Positions 48,290 through 61,730 are shown, counted from the whole stretch's first letter. The stretch: 63,473 nt of DNA, filler included, from Octopus bimaculoides (GCF_001194135.2; 7 parts of 7 records of this genome joined end to end with filler, not necessarily neighbours in it); one strand, 5' to 3'. The notes: generated by a model not told the origin, from the sequence alone. Numbers and translations are program-made.

Positions 48290-49500
48290 CAGTCTGTTTC
48301 CAGTCACCATTGAAGATAGACGTGAAGCTCATAACTCCGTCTAAGGAACAGAGGACACTGTCAGGGTTAACATAATTTGCTTTTTTGCATGAGCTGGGTA
48401 GAAGTATTGTGTTTTTATTTTTACAGTATATTCTTCCCAGCTCTGGGACATTTTCGCTTGCTCTTAAACGTAAAAATTTTGCCTACGGTTGATTGGGTTG
48501 GGTCAAAAGCTGTTTTGACCCTGTGGACCAAATCAGCCAAAGATCTGGTCTTCCCAGATTTTTTAAGGTTGGCCGGGCACAGATATCCGGTGATCCTTGA
48601 GGGACACCCCTCCCCCAAGTGTCACCTGTGCCTGGAGCCTGGCCACAGTAAGAAAAACTGTCCCCAGGATCAGAGTAGGGTCCTGGAGCAGTTAATAAAA
48701 GTAGTTCCCTCGCTCCCCCACTAGAGGGAGAGAAGGAGGAAGTCGAGGAGGTGAAAACCTCCTCGAAGAAAGGAAAAAAANNNNNNNNNNNNNNNNNNNN
48801 NNNNNNNNNNNNNNNNNNNNNNNNNNNNNNNNNNNNNNNNNNNNNNNNNNNNNNNNNNNNNNNNNNNNNNNNNNNNNNNNNNNNNNNNNNNNNNNNNNNN
48901 NNNNNNNNNNNNNNNNNNNNNNNNNNNNNNNNNNNNNNNNNNNNNNNNNNNNNNNNNNNNNNNNNNNNNNNNNNNNNNNNNNNNNNNNNNNNNNNNNNNN
49001 NNNNNNNNNNNNNNNNNNNNNNNNNNNNNNNNNNNNNNNNNNNNNNNNNNNNNNNNNNNNNNNNNNNNNNNNNNNNNNNNNNNNNNNGAAACTGTGGCCT
49101 CGCCCTATAAGGAGGAGGAATTTGTAATCCTCTTCCACAAGAGAGGGGGCGTCCAAGAATTTGTGAAGAAGTTTCCTAGGAAGGGTCGGAGGGGAGGGAT
49201 CCTCACTTTTACCAAGGACCCTGATTGCCTTCGCAGGTGGCTGCAGAGATCGTGTGCGAAAATGATTTGTACAGGGTGATAGATTCCGTCCCCGAGGATG
49301 CATTCCGCTTCATGCTGAAGTGGCCCGATCTAGAACCATCGAGGTGCTTGAGTGAAGCACTGAGTCTGGTCGGGCGGTAAGGTATAGGAGGACGAGTCCC
49401 TCATATTGAAGGGGCATGTGGCCCATAAAAAGAAATATGTAAGAGGCAGATGCCTCAATTCAAGGACTTGATGATATTGTGAAGTAAGAGGTTTATAGCC
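48290..49500 (+). mobile_element. L1/Tx1-like ORF1 remnant with CCHC zinc knuckle, spanning a gap
   Basis: ORF 48377-48724 contains CHLCLEPGHSKKNC (CX2CX4HX4C). The clade assignment is inference. Confidence 0.55.
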
Positions 49501-49676
49501 TCAATTTGTAAATTTGTTTAATTTATAAAAGAACAATGTTTTAGAGAAGCAGAGTTCGGCGAGCGGCTTCTGTCTTCTCCCATTAATATCATGGTGTTTA
49601 TCATTCATCTCATCTCATTAATGTCTTCGTCCAGCCCGCAGCTGCTCTATGTACTGCCCTCGTGGCAAACTATGTG

Positions 49677-49805
49677 AATAAAAGTAGCTTGTTAACTAAC
49701 CACATGGTTTCGGGTTCAGTCCCACTGCGTGGCATTTTGGGCAATTGTCTTCTACTATAGCTTTGTGAGTGGATTTGGTAGGAAACTGAAAGAAGCCCCT
49801 CGTAG

Positions 49806-49846
<41 letters not shown>

Positions 49847-50045
49847 TGTGTGCGTGTGTGTGTGTGGTGTGTGTGTGTCATCGCTTGACAACGATGTTGG
49901 TGTGTTTACGTCCCCGTAACCTAACGGCTCGGCATAAGAACTTGATAGAATAAGTACTAGACTTACAAGGAAGACCTGGGGTCGATTTGCTCGACTAAAG
50001 GCGGTGCTCCAGCATGGCCACAATCAAAATGACTGAGACGAATAA
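49677..50045 (+). mobile_element. SINE family A, near full-length copy
   Basis: Head, TG repeat and 3' part. Confidence 0.85.
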
Positions 50046-50349
50046 AATAAAAGAATATATATATGTATATATGTGCATATGTATATATATATGTGTGNNN
50101 NNNNNNNNNNNNNNNNNNNNNNNNNNNNNNNNNNNNNNNNNTTAATTAATTAANNNNNNNNNNNNNNNNNNNNNNNNNNNNNNNNNNNNNNNNNNNNAGT
50201 GGACATTTACTGGAAAAGGACACGAAACTAGAGTGCAAAAATTCAAAGCAAATTAAATGTTTTGGATAAATAATCTACTACATAGATGGGAAATTCTGTC
50301 TGTGGGTGTTTTTGTGGAGCTGTTAGCGAACATTGATAAATACTGTTAC

Positions 50350-50452
50350 CTGCTTCCGGCTAAAATCAACTTTTTTCCTTTGGCAAGGCCATGAGCCAAG
50401 AGATCTTTGAGGACCTCTTCTATTATCAACGAACCCATGAACGAGAAATCTT
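50350..50452 (-). CDS. NOTUM: Notum internal exon ending at the nucleophile-elbow serine
   Basis: Minus strand ttgcag|AA GAT...AGC AG|gtaaca, 103 nt, phase 1 to 2. (E)DFSFMGSLIIEEVLKDLLAHGLAKGKKLILAGS(S) matches Notum YAFMGALIIQEVVRELL...LLLAGSSAGG. Confidence 0.95.
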
Positions 50453-50590
50453 CTGCAAAGCAACAAAATAAGTATTAATTATTATGAACATACACATACA
50501 CATACACATGCACGCACGCACACACACACACAACATTTTGTCTGACACCCTAACGATTCTGCGATATGAGGCATATAAAGGAAGTATTAC

Positions 50591-50649
50591 CTTTGCTTGT
50601 GGCTTTGTAAGTTCCTGTCCATGAGTCACTGGAGCAATAAGGAACATAT
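50591..50649 (-). CDS. NOTUM: Notum internal exon
   Basis: Minus strand ttacag|A TAT...AAA G|gtaata, 59 nt, phase 2 to 1. YVPYCSSDSWTGTYKATSK carries the family motif PYCSSDxWxG. Confidence 0.95.
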
Positions 50650-50727
50650 CTGTAACAGAGGCGGGGAAAATAGCACAGTTATTAGAGAAACCGATTGTAG
50701 TTATCTGTCTCTGGACACGCACACACA

Positions 50728-50764
<37 letters not shown>

Positions 50765-51034
50765 CGTGTGTGTGTGTATATGTGTGTGTGTGTGTATGTA
50801 TGTACGTACGTATGTAGTAGAACTTATATGTACAAATAATGTACGACTGCTACTGTTATGTTTAAAGGTCCTCTTAGATTATCCTAATCCTGTCTAGTTG
50901 TTAATTGACTACTAATCCGAGTAGTATTCATCGTTATGAGCTATAAAGCAAATACAAGACAAATAAGAATAAACACAAGTTTATATTGAAGTTCCTACGC
51001 ACGTTTCACCTTTATGGTTGTTTGGTAGTCCTCG

Positions 51035-51450
51035 CTACACTACAGGGGGAAGGTCGATTACATCAACCCCAGTGCTCAACTGGTACTTATTTTATCGACC
51101 ACCCGAAAAGATGAAAGGCAAAGTCGACCACAGTGGAATTTGAACTCAGAACGTAAAGCCGGATGAAATACCGCTCATCAATTTGTCCGGCCTGCTAACG
51201 ATTCTGCTGGCTCGCCAACGCCTTGAACCAGAAGAAATATCGCAAGGCATTTTGACACAAGATCAGCAACTTTGAGGGGAGGGGCTTGGTCGATGCCATC
51301 ATCCTCAGTACACGACTGGTAATTTATTTTACCCAGCCTGAAAGGATGAAAGATAAAGTCGATCTCGACGAAGTTTGAACTCAAAATATGAAAAAGCCAG
51401 AAGAAATTGTTTCCGACGCTCCGACGATTCTGCCACGTCGACGCCCTAAT
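51035..51450 (-). mobile_element. SINE family B, two copies in a Notum intron
   Basis: Two GAAAGGCAAAGTCGAC...TTTGAACTCA units. Confidence 0.8.
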
Positions 51451-51480
51451 TATTGTAATAATTAATAAAGAGTTACTTAC

Positions 51481-51541
51481 ACCATATTTGCATGGTAATA
51501 ATAAGGATTCTCTTCTGGGTCCCATGAAGTGATACCACTGC
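51481..51541 (-). CDS. NOTUM: Notum (palmitoleoyl-Wnt carboxylesterase) internal exon
   Basis: Minus strand ttccag|GC AGT...ATG GT|gtaagt, 61 nt, phase 1 to 2. (G)SGITSWDPEENPYYYHANM(V) matches the Notum GTGILSSQPEENPYWWNANMV segment. Confidence 0.92.
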
Positions 51542-53257
51542 CTGGAAATGAAACAAAACCAAAAATACAGTGACTTTAAAATGAATTACGAAAAAGAAAA
51601 GAAACGAAAATTGCGTTTATGAAGAGATTCTAAGACGAATATGGTTGAGGCAGAAAAAGTGCGATCATCGATACCGAATGCACCCACCCCGACCTTCTTC
51701 GTTACCCTGACATTGGTAAATATTCCTTCCCTTCTTAGTCACCTACAGATCTACCATTCTACGTATGTTGTGACGGAGAAAAACACAAGAGTATTATATG
51801 TATCTATGTACGTGCGTACACATATACGCATGCATAAAAAACAGAAAATCAAAGTTCCCAGCCGAGCCTTAAGGCAATGGGGGAGAATCTACCTTTGTAA
51901 TATTCTTTTACAATTTTTTTTTTAATAGAATGATGATTTTTAAGGAGAATTTGGTTGTTATTTCTAGCAGAACGAACCTCCACATAAAGACTACGTCGTT
52001 GGCGGGAAGATGCCGATGGTAGTGGCGGTGGTGGTTGTGGTGGTGGTGGTAGGTTAGGAGGGGGCTGAGAGATGTGAAACGCTCCACATGTTTGGTGTAG
52101 CGTGAAAATACATCAGCTGCCACGGGAAGGGTTTTTCTCTCGCTTTTTCTCCTCCCTCCCCACCACCATTAAACAATCACATTTAGATAAGAGAAAGTGT
52201 GCGGTGGCGGTGGTGGGAGAATGAGGGGGGAGGAAGGCCAAGGGACGTTTTTCATGTTAACTCGCTAAATATGTTTTTTTTACTGTGTTAATTAAAGCAT
52301 AAGCAGTAATTAACTGCGGTTACGTGTGGGGAAGAAGCGGAGGTGGACAGGAGTGGTATGGGGGTGTTGTTAGAACAGTTGCTCATCTGTGTGTGAATGC
52401 CACCTTGAGCAAGTGCCTTCTATCATAGCCCCGGGCCGACCAAAACCTTGTGAGTGGATTTGATCAACGGAAACTGCTATTACTACACAGTGTCACATAT
52501 ACACCCAGTATATGTATATACATATACACATACATACACACATACATATACACACACAAATCCAATCATGCACACATATGCATGTGCCCATACACATACA
52601 TGTTCATACACTCACAAACATACACACATGAATAACTCTACACACACACACACACACCAAAAACACAACTGTAGCACATGCTGTAACATACACCTCCACA
52701 CACAATCACATTTCCATACAGTCACACACACACAAACTATTACACACAGGTATACACACAAAGGTAAAACCACACACATGTACACACTCATAAATACACA
52801 CACAGAGAGAGAGAGAGAGATCAAAGCACAACTTCTTTATACACAATCACCATTTCTACTCGCACACATACAGACGTACACACATATACCGCCGTCATTA
52901 AGTCCACGCACGACTCCATGATTTGACTCTTAGGAATAATGAATAAATAAATAAAGCAGAAGAACGATGATGAATATAAAAAGCATGAAAAATAAACATA
53001 CAACAACAATAAAATACAAAAGCCACCACCACCACCAAACGAGTTCGCTTCTTGTGTGTGTGTTTGGGCTGCGAATCCAGAAGCAACGAATGCTGTTTCT
53101 CTTTAAAGTCGCCATTGCTGTTCGGAAAGGCCATCAACGCATGTTACAAGCATATCTGGTTTCCTTGGAATAACTGATCCGAACATTAATGCCGAAAGTG
53201 ATGTCTGTCTTCAGCTGCAGATTGTCTATTGGAGAGGGGTGGTCAGGCTGGTTGACA

Positions 53258-53360
53258 ATATTAAGCGTAGCTTTGTGGTAAAAAGTTTGCTTCCCAAACC
53301 ACATGGTTCCAGGTTCAGTCCCACTGCGTCGTACCTTGGGTAAGTGTCGTCTACTATGGC
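53258..53360 (+). mobile_element. SINE family A head fragment
   Basis: GTGGTAAAAAGTTTGCTTCCCAAACCACATGGTTCCAGGTTCAGTCCCACTGCG. Confidence 0.7.
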
Positions 53361-53382
53361 TTCGGGTTGTGAGATCCAGGCC

Positions 53383-53805
53383 ATGATTGACAAAGGTCCC
53401 TGCAAATCAATCAGGTTCATTGCCAGGAACATGGGAGTGTCTGAGTTTCTTATCAGGCAGGTGGTGCATAAAGACATTCAGTATTCCTTATACAAGGTGA
53501 AGAAGGGCCAATTTTGATCCCAAGCCATCAAGGACAAGAGGAAAGATTGCGTTACGAAACTTTTGAATAAACTCAAGCATCCCCTCCAATTGAATACGTT
53601 TTGGTTTTTCTCTGACGAGAAAAATTTCTGCCAGGATCAGATGGTGAACACACAGAACAACCGTTGGCTTGCCGTGTCCCCAAAACATGTACCGAGGGTG
53701 ATAAAAATCAAACATCCAGTCAACATCATGGTGTTTGGAGAGATTCATCTTCCCACAGGGCCTCAGACTCAACCCAGAGGCCTACATTAAGTGCCTGGAG
53801 CAGTT
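53383..53805 (+). mobile_element. maT-like transposase fragment (HTH to first catalytic D)
   Basis: SIRFIARNMGVSEFLIRQVV...WFFSDEKNFCQDQMVNTQNNRWLA...KHPVNIMVFG...GLRLNPEAYIKCLE. Confidence 0.8.
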
Positions 53806-54470
53806 CATCGTCGTCGTCGTCGCTTTTATATTCAGCATCACCACTACCATCGTCATCATCGGTATTTNNNNNNNNNNNNNNNNNNNNNNNNNNNNNNNNN
53901 NNNNNNNNNNNTTAATTAATTAANNNNNNNNNNNNNNNNNNNNNNNNNNNNNNNNNNNNNNNNNNNNGTGGAGATGCGCTTGACTAAAACTGGAACAATG
54001 TTCTTAAATAGCACCCACCCTATATCCCCTTACAAGAAGACCAACGCAACAACTAAAACGTAAGGCTCTATTTACCTATCACCACTATCACACCACCACA
54101 TATATTACACCCAATAATTATTTCTCCTACATTTCGCACACCACAAACTTCGAATATACCCTTCAACACTCTGAAGAGATCAGCCAAACTGACTCATTTC
54201 ACAAGCTCCACATAATAAAACAACGGCTATCTAGTCCAACGAAAATGCTTTTTCTTGTATTTGTTGCTCCATTCTGCAAGTAAATACATAAACTACGGTT
54301 TAAGCAACATATTACCTGCCTCTGGACGCCCTCTTCCCAAGACGGTACCCATACAGGTGATCCCCAGGAGTGCCTCCGGATTTAAACATCCCCTGGTTGC
54401 TTGGATGCTTCAGACTACTCCTGAAGGATCGAGGCAAACCAACCACTTATATATATATATATATATATAT

Positions 54471-55018
54471 AAATTAAAAACGTAAAATTAAAACAACTAA
54501 AACGATTCCGCGGTACAAGTGTTTCAAGCTTTATACACAAACAGTCGTTGCATCATTATATGGGTATATAATTGATAGACAGGATGGTATAAAGCTATCT
54601 TCAGCCGCAAATATATTCTTTCGCAAGTATTATATCACAAAGAAAAAGTCACCAAGAAAAAAGTAAAAGGGAAAGAAACATGCGAGATAAAAAGTGGGAA
54701 TCCACTTGGTATTGTCCATTGTATTATCCATTGTAATATGTTTATCCTTTAAGTTGATACATTTACATAAAAGTTCATCGGTATTCCGAAATCTGTCCAT
54801 ATTGTGCCACACTTCAGGGTAGAATCTTTTACTTTTTTCTTGGTGACATCTTCTTTGTAATATAATACTTGGGAAAGAATATATTTGCGGCTGAAGATAG
54901 CTTTATACCATCCTGGCTATCAATTATATATCAATATAATGATGCAACGACTATAAAGCTTGAAACACGTGTACCACGGAATCCTGTGTGTTCTGTTTTT
55001 ATTTTTACGTTTTTAATT

Positions 55019-55019
<1 letters not shown>
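54471..55019. mobile_element. Foldback/MITE-like element with about 200-bp inverted arms in a TA run
   Basis: 54471-~54670 is the reverse complement of ~54825-55019, and (TA)n flanks both sides. Confidence 0.8.
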
Positions 55020-55054
<35 letters not shown>

Positions 55055-58000
55055 AACCACTTCAGAAGACAAAATATGTTACGGGGTGATCCATAGAGGA
55101 ATCGTTGATAATTCAAAGTCGTTGTCAGTTTTCAGGAAAATCAATTTCACACAGTAATGACAATAAATTTAAACTTTTATGTAAAATTTTACACATACTA
55201 AACCCANNNNNNNNNNNNNNNNNNNNNNNNNNNNNNNNNNNNNNNNNNNNNNNNNNNNNNNNNNNNNNNNNNNNNNNNNNNNNNNNNNNNNNNNNNNNNN
55301 NNNNNNNNNNNNNNNNNNNNNNNNNNNNNNNNNNNNNNNNNNNNNNNNNNNNNNNNNNNNNNNNNNNNNNNNNNNNNNNNNNNNNNNNNNNNNNNNNNNN
55401 NNNNNNNNNNNNNNNNNNNNNNNNNNNNNNNNNNNNNNNNNNNNNNNNNNNNNNNNNNNNNNNNNNNNNNNNNNNNNNNNNNNNNNNNNNNNNNNNNNNN
55501 NNNNNNNNNNNNNNNNNNNNNNNNNNTATATATATATATACATATGCACAAACATATAAACATTTTTGTAGATGTGTGTATCTGTGTGTCTGTCTGTGTG
55601 TTTAATAGCGTATGTGGAAGGGTAGATATTTACTTTCATGTTTATATTTAAATTTGTTCATATAAACACAGGTGTGTACTTCTACAAATAAGTGTAAACT
55701 ACATTTTATGTAAGCGTCCTTTGAGAAGTTTCCTCAGCTTATCAATCTATCCTTTCATGTCATAGGCAGAGAATTAAAAGTTAATGCTGGAAGTATATTT
55801 ATTAATGTATAAGGAACTATCGTTGCCTTTCAGTGAATATTTCTGTCAATATTTACTCAGTGGTTTAATCCTCTAGCCGAGTTCACCAGTGTCATTGATT
55901 TCCCTCCAACGAGATTAAAAAGCTCTCTTAGATGGATTTAATGCCTATATTGTCCTGGATCAAAATATCAAAAGACCTTTGGTGTATTTAGAATCTAGAA
56001 ATATGTGTGGTATTGACAGCATGCGAATACGCCAGTTTGACCTTCCAACCATCAATGTATCCCTAGGAAACTGTCATTCATTTCTTTCGGAAATATTGTA
56101 TATACACTTAGAATCTTGAAAATGATATTGTCCAGAGCTTCGCAATTTATTTGAAATAATAAATCTCTTAGATTTTGATTTCTCCAAGTGGAATCAGCTG
56201 CTCTTGAATAGTGAATACTAAAATATCTAAGACAGATCATAATCCATACGTATGACTTATTAGTTAAAAGTCTTCCATGATATCTCATTATAGGAACGTT
56301 TGACTAAAGTATATGCAAATTTAAAATTATCTCATTTCCTCTCACGAATAGATCAGAATATCTATAGATTTTCTATTCAGCGTGGTCTCGTTTATTATTA
56401 AATAAACATCTAGTTAAGGCTACATACAAGGAACGTTTTCACTAACATACGAACCATACACAACAACGGAAATAATGTGGCATATTGAATAAATCTATAA
56501 ATAATAGATTTCATAAAATAATTCTAAAGTGGCCTTCTAAAGTAAATTATCCTACAATCATAGCACATATAGAAATAAGAAGAGCGCTTATTTTAAAATA
56601 AATATTGAACGTTGTATTCGTAACCAAAAGGAATATCATTGTACTTGTATACTGCAAGAACAAATATACAACCACCTTTGAAATATATATTGCTTTAGCA
56701 GTGTATATGTTTTTTTTACCCTAAGTGAAATCTGATCAAACAGATCTTGAATAAGATACATTATAGATCAAAATATCTCGTCGTTTTTTTTCCTTTGTGC
56801 ACCGAAAATCCTTTTTGAGTCGGTAGGTTGTGATATTCAGGAAGAAGCAGCTGCGTTGTTTCTACTCCAGTTAAAGATAGACAGCCACTTCCGTTGGCAA
56901 ACATGGCAGAAAACTATAAGACTTAACATTATATAAAAGATGTACAAAAGCTATTTCAACAAATTTCTCAGAGATCATTGAAAACCCGACTACACAGGGC
57001 CAGATCAGCAGAAGGGTGAAAAGAAGGGTATGTAGGATGCACGGGAAACTTTCGATCAATATGATTGTACTAATCGAAGTATGAAAGACCGCAAGTACTT
57101 GTGGATTATGAATTGATTATAGGAAAGCATTCAAATCTGTTCCCAACTTAAGCTTGCTTAAGACTCTGTGCTTGGCAAAAGTACTTCTCACTTTAGTTGC
57201 TAAACGGACAACAACTGAGAGCAAAATTATCGTCACCAGTGTTATATATATTTCAAAGAGTGTATTCGAAGGCGATAAATTTTCTCTACTTTTACTTATT
57301 TTGTTATTAAATGCATTATGGTTATTTCAGAAAATGCAATGGTTATATGCAAATATCACAACCAGATGGAACTGTATGCGATTGACAAGAAAATGTATGT
57401 AAAATCATATCGCTCGGCGAGTATGATAACAGAGAATAACTACGGATATTTTTAAGTTGGAAGATTCAAGCCTTCCTTCTATACTCATAATTATAACAAT
57501 AATAACTATTGCACTTGGTTTTGTTAATAAATGCTTAAGTGGCAAACTGGATAAGGTACGGTTTACAGAACCCCCCACCCCCACAAAAACTAACTGAAAC
57601 AGTTAAATCACGTATTTTCTCCATTTCAGCGAGTGACATTGTTACGTTATCTCCAAAGACGGAGCTTTGAATCTTTTTCAGAAATCTATATTTTACTTAG
57701 AAGAAGACTTCAGATAATTAAAATTAGGACATACATAAACGTATGTACATACACAGACACACACTATATACGTATATAAGTATACACACACGTATATGTG
57801 TGTGTCTTTATGTGTGTCTCTGTCTGTGTGTACCTGTATGTGTGTGTATGTGTATGCATGTATGTATACACCTAGAAACATAGGTATGCCATACCCTGAG
57901 CTATATGAGTCAAAACACCTCTTTAAAAAGATAGCTGAAAATATATTTCAACTTTCGGCTGAATCCCTTTCGTAGAATTATATTGCATTTTTCATTAAAA

Positions 58001-59903
58001 TCGAGTTCATTCCTGGCGTAATTCGTTGTATATTACATAATAGAGGCCTACGTGTTTCTAAATATCTTACTAAAAATGAAGCAGTTGTGTCTGCAGAAGT
58101 TAGATGCGAAATTGATTCCTGTATTGATTTATGTAGTTAATGCGATCTTAGAAATCTCTGACATTAATTTAAGGAAAGTGAACATATCGGTCAATTCTAG
58201 ACTTGGCGTGCATAAAATGATGGATTGAATAATGTGCTTGCTTTATGGAAAATAATCAGAATATATATAATATAAAATAAAGAATCGGAGCATTGAACTC
58301 CTGTAACACGTTGACGTTGTTTTACTCGTGTCAATCTTGATCATGCAGAACTATAAAGTCATCCATTCGTGAACATATCATCTTTATTTTTAGCATATTT
58401 ACTCCGTACTATATTATCCATTTCTTGTTTCATCAGTAGTGTAATGTTCTTTGACTGATATTTATCTCTAGCTTTTACGATGTTGTGCAAATTCGGAGAG
58501 AATTTTTTACTGTCTCTGCACTTAAAGTATTTTGTGTTATACTTAAGCGAAAGCTTTTCTCTGTATGAAATCCTTGGCAATCTCATTTATAAAACAGGCA
58601 TAGTTAACATGATAGCATACATTTAAGGTCATATCGGGATCTCCTGCAAAATTCGTGATGACTTAATACAATCCAGGTTTTAACTGTAAAAATAAGGTAC
58701 ATTAAATAGTTTCATAATTTAGATAGTGGATGTGTGTTACAATATTTTGTAACATGTAAGTGCAAGTATAGGCTACAAGTTTAGCGTGGTACTAGTAGTC
58801 GACTCTAGAGCGCGTAACCAAGAGAACAATCAACATATAACTAATTCGACAGTAAACATAATTGCAATCCTCAGGACCCTAGCTGTCGTATTGGACATAT
58901 TAGCACAGCACTGTCACATAGCCAAGAGCCAACTCAACAGCGACAAGCATGCTCGTTTGTTTCATTCTTTGCAAGAAGATTCGTTGTTACTCAAGGAATG
59001 CAGTTGGTATGTACCTCTGACCTTCCAATATTTTGGACTGTACATCTAAATGGATTTCTGTAAGGCTTAAGTCTCTTGAACCTGCATCCAACTACTGAAT
59101 TTTTTCACGTGCAGTCTCATTATATATTTTATACATATGGGGAAAATTATATTTTTTATATATGGTGAAAATTTCAGCGTGTATCGTGTGCAGATTTATT
59201 GTCCATATTCTTACAAAATCCTTTCATATGAATTCTGTTTGAAATCCATTTTCTTCGTTCCAGATCTTAGGCGAGAATGATTCAAGACCTCCTTGAGAAG
59301 AGTCTTAATGGTAATGTTATCTCTCATTGACATTTCGTATTATACACGTGAATTCGACGCAGACATGATTTATACTGGGTCATTTGGGTACTTTTCAAAG
59401 GAAAAATCGTTTTTCGCTCAGCATCCTGAATGTGTGCTTTGAAATAATTAAAATTACCTGAAACAATTGGTGTGAAGAATAGCCGTACAGGCTTGTTATT
59501 TTGTTGCGCAAGATGTACATCTGCTACATTTTATTATCCTAGTAAACCATCCAATACGGTGCCGCAATTTCCATATCGCCATAATGATTTTTCCAGTTTG
59601 TATTCCACTCGTGTTACACACTATAAGTAATTTCATTACCACGAGCACTGCAGGTTTTTCTTAGGCGATCTTAAGAATAATAGTAGAAGTGTATTGAAAG
59701 AAATTACTTGTCGAGTTGTTAACATCACATGATTCCATTTGCTCTGCGTCAAAATCTTTGATAAATGTTAACATGAACGCAGTTGACAATTTCTTTAATC
59801 TCTTTTAGAGACCTTTCTGGTGAGTGATATGTGTTGTGTATGTGTGCGTGTGTGTGTATTGTGTGTATGTGTGTGTTTGTATGTGTGTGCAGGTGTGTAT
59901 GGA

Positions 59904-59943
<40 letters not shown>

Positions 59944-60567
59944 NNNNNNNNNNNNNNNNNNNNNNNNNNNNNNNNNNNNNNNNNNNNNNNNNNNNNNNNN
60001 NNNNNNNNNNNNNNNNNNNNNNNNNNNNNNNNNNNNNNNNNNNNNNNNNNNNNNNNNNNNNNNNNNNNNNNNNNNNNNNNNNNNNNNNNNNNNNNNNNNN
60101 NNNNNNNNNNNNNNNNNNNNNNNNNNNNNNNNNNNNNNNNNNNNNNNNNNNNNNNNNNNNNNNNNNNNNNNNNNNNNNNNNNNNNNNNNNNNNNNNNNNN
60201 NNNNNNNNNNNNNNNNNNNNNNNNNNNNNNNNNNNNNNNNNNNNNNNNNNNNNNNNNNNNNNNNNNNNNNNNNNNNNNNNNNNNNNNNNNNNNNNNNNNN
60301 NNNNNNNNNNNNNNNNNNNNNNNNNNNNNNNNNNNNNNNNNNNNNNNNNNNNNNNNNNNNNNNNNNNNNNNNNNNNNNNNNNNNNNNNNNNNNNNNNNNN
60401 NNNNNNNNNNNNNNNNNNNNNNNNNNNNNNNNNNNNNNNNNNNNNNNNNNNNNNNNNNNNNNNNNNNNNNNNNNNNNNNNNNNNNNNNNNNNNNNNNNNN
60501 NNNNNNNNNNNNNNNNNNNNNNNNNNNNNNNNNNNNNNNNNNNNNNNNNNNNNNNNNNNNNNNNNNT

Positions 60568-60876
60568 GCGTAACTGGTACTTAATTTATCGACCCCGAAA
60601 GGATGAAAGGCAAAGTCGACCTCGGCGGAATTCGAACTCAGAACGTAACGGCAGACGAAATGCCGCTAAGCATTTCGCCCGGTGTGCTAACGTTTCTGCC
60701 AGCTCACAGCCTTCAAACGTAAAGACAGACGAAATACCTATTTCATTACTGCCCACAAGGGGCTACACACAGAGTGGACAAACAAGAACAGACAAACGGA
60801 TTAAGTCGATTATATCGACCCCAGTGCGTAACTGGTACTTAATTTATCGACCCCGAAAGAATGAAAGGCAAAGTCC
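60568..60876 (-). mobile_element. SINE family B, one copy plus a partial tandem copy
   Basis: TGCGTAACTGGTACTTAATTTATCGACCCCGAAA occurs twice. Confidence 0.85.
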
Positions 60877-61369
60877 AAGAAAATATAGGCGCGTTTATAT
60901 TTGCTAATACAGTGAGTATATAAATCAAAGAATAAAATATTACAGATCTACTGCGGCCGAACATACAAAGAGCTTCTTTTCTTATTTTGGCGCCGGATAT
61001 TAGCTAATCAGAAAATTGACTAAGTACTACTCTTGTTAGAGAAGGAAGGTGCGGAAAAAAAGTGACTTCCCTTTATTAATGGAGCTGATTTGTTGTCAGA
61101 TCCGGTTTATCACTGCTGGGAAAAAGGCAAGTCAAAATGAAAGGTGGCAATGACCAGACAGAACTATACAGAGTTTTGTATTTGGTTGAGATGTGCAGGC
61201 AAGAAAAATATGGTTGCTTGGGATGCCTGTAGGAATGTTTGCCTTTGATTGATTTATAAGCATGGTGGATCCCGAAGGTAAGCAACTATTTTTTTCTTCT
61301 TTTCATCTGGGTATGAGAGGCAAATTTTGCTCCTTCACTTACTATAAGTGACTGGATGAATACATGCAT

Positions 61370-61730
61370 ACGTACATATGTGTGTTGGCACTCCGTCGCG
61401 TACGACGTCGTGAGTTCCAGTTGATCAGATCAACGGAACAGCCTGCTCGTGAAATTAACGTGCAAGTGGCTGAGCACTCCACAGACACGTGTACCCTTAA
61501 CGTAGTTCTCGGGAATATTCAGCGTGACACAGTGACACAGGAAGTAAGAGTGAGAGAAAGTTGTGGTGGAAGAGTACAGCAGCGTTCGCCACCATCCCCT
61601 GCCGGAGCCCCGTGGAGCTTTAGGTGGTTTCGCTCAATAAACACTCACAAAACCCGGTCTGGGAATCGAAACCGCGATCCTATGACCGCGAGTCCGCTGC
61701 CCTAACCACTGGGCCATTGCGCCTCCACAC
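61370..61730 (-). mobile_element. tRNA-derived SINE family D
   Basis: Minus-strand head GGAGGCGCAATGGCCCAGTGGTTAGGGCAGCGGACTCGCGGTCATAGGATCGCGGTTTCGATTCCC has A and B boxes and is followed by a non-tRNA body. Confidence 0.75.

Noticed and set aside
43514-51541. NOTUM nested antisense within a hephaestin intron
   Set aside because: Two artificial linkers (45394, 50098) separate the genes, so their adjacency is not evidence.
58359-58586. 75-aa Lys-rich minus-strand ORF as a terminal exon
   Set aside because: No recognisable homology and no convincing in-phase upstream exon were found.
61655-61730. tRNA gene
   Set aside because: It has A/B boxes but no convincing acceptor stem, and continues into a repeat body, so it is treated as a SINE head.
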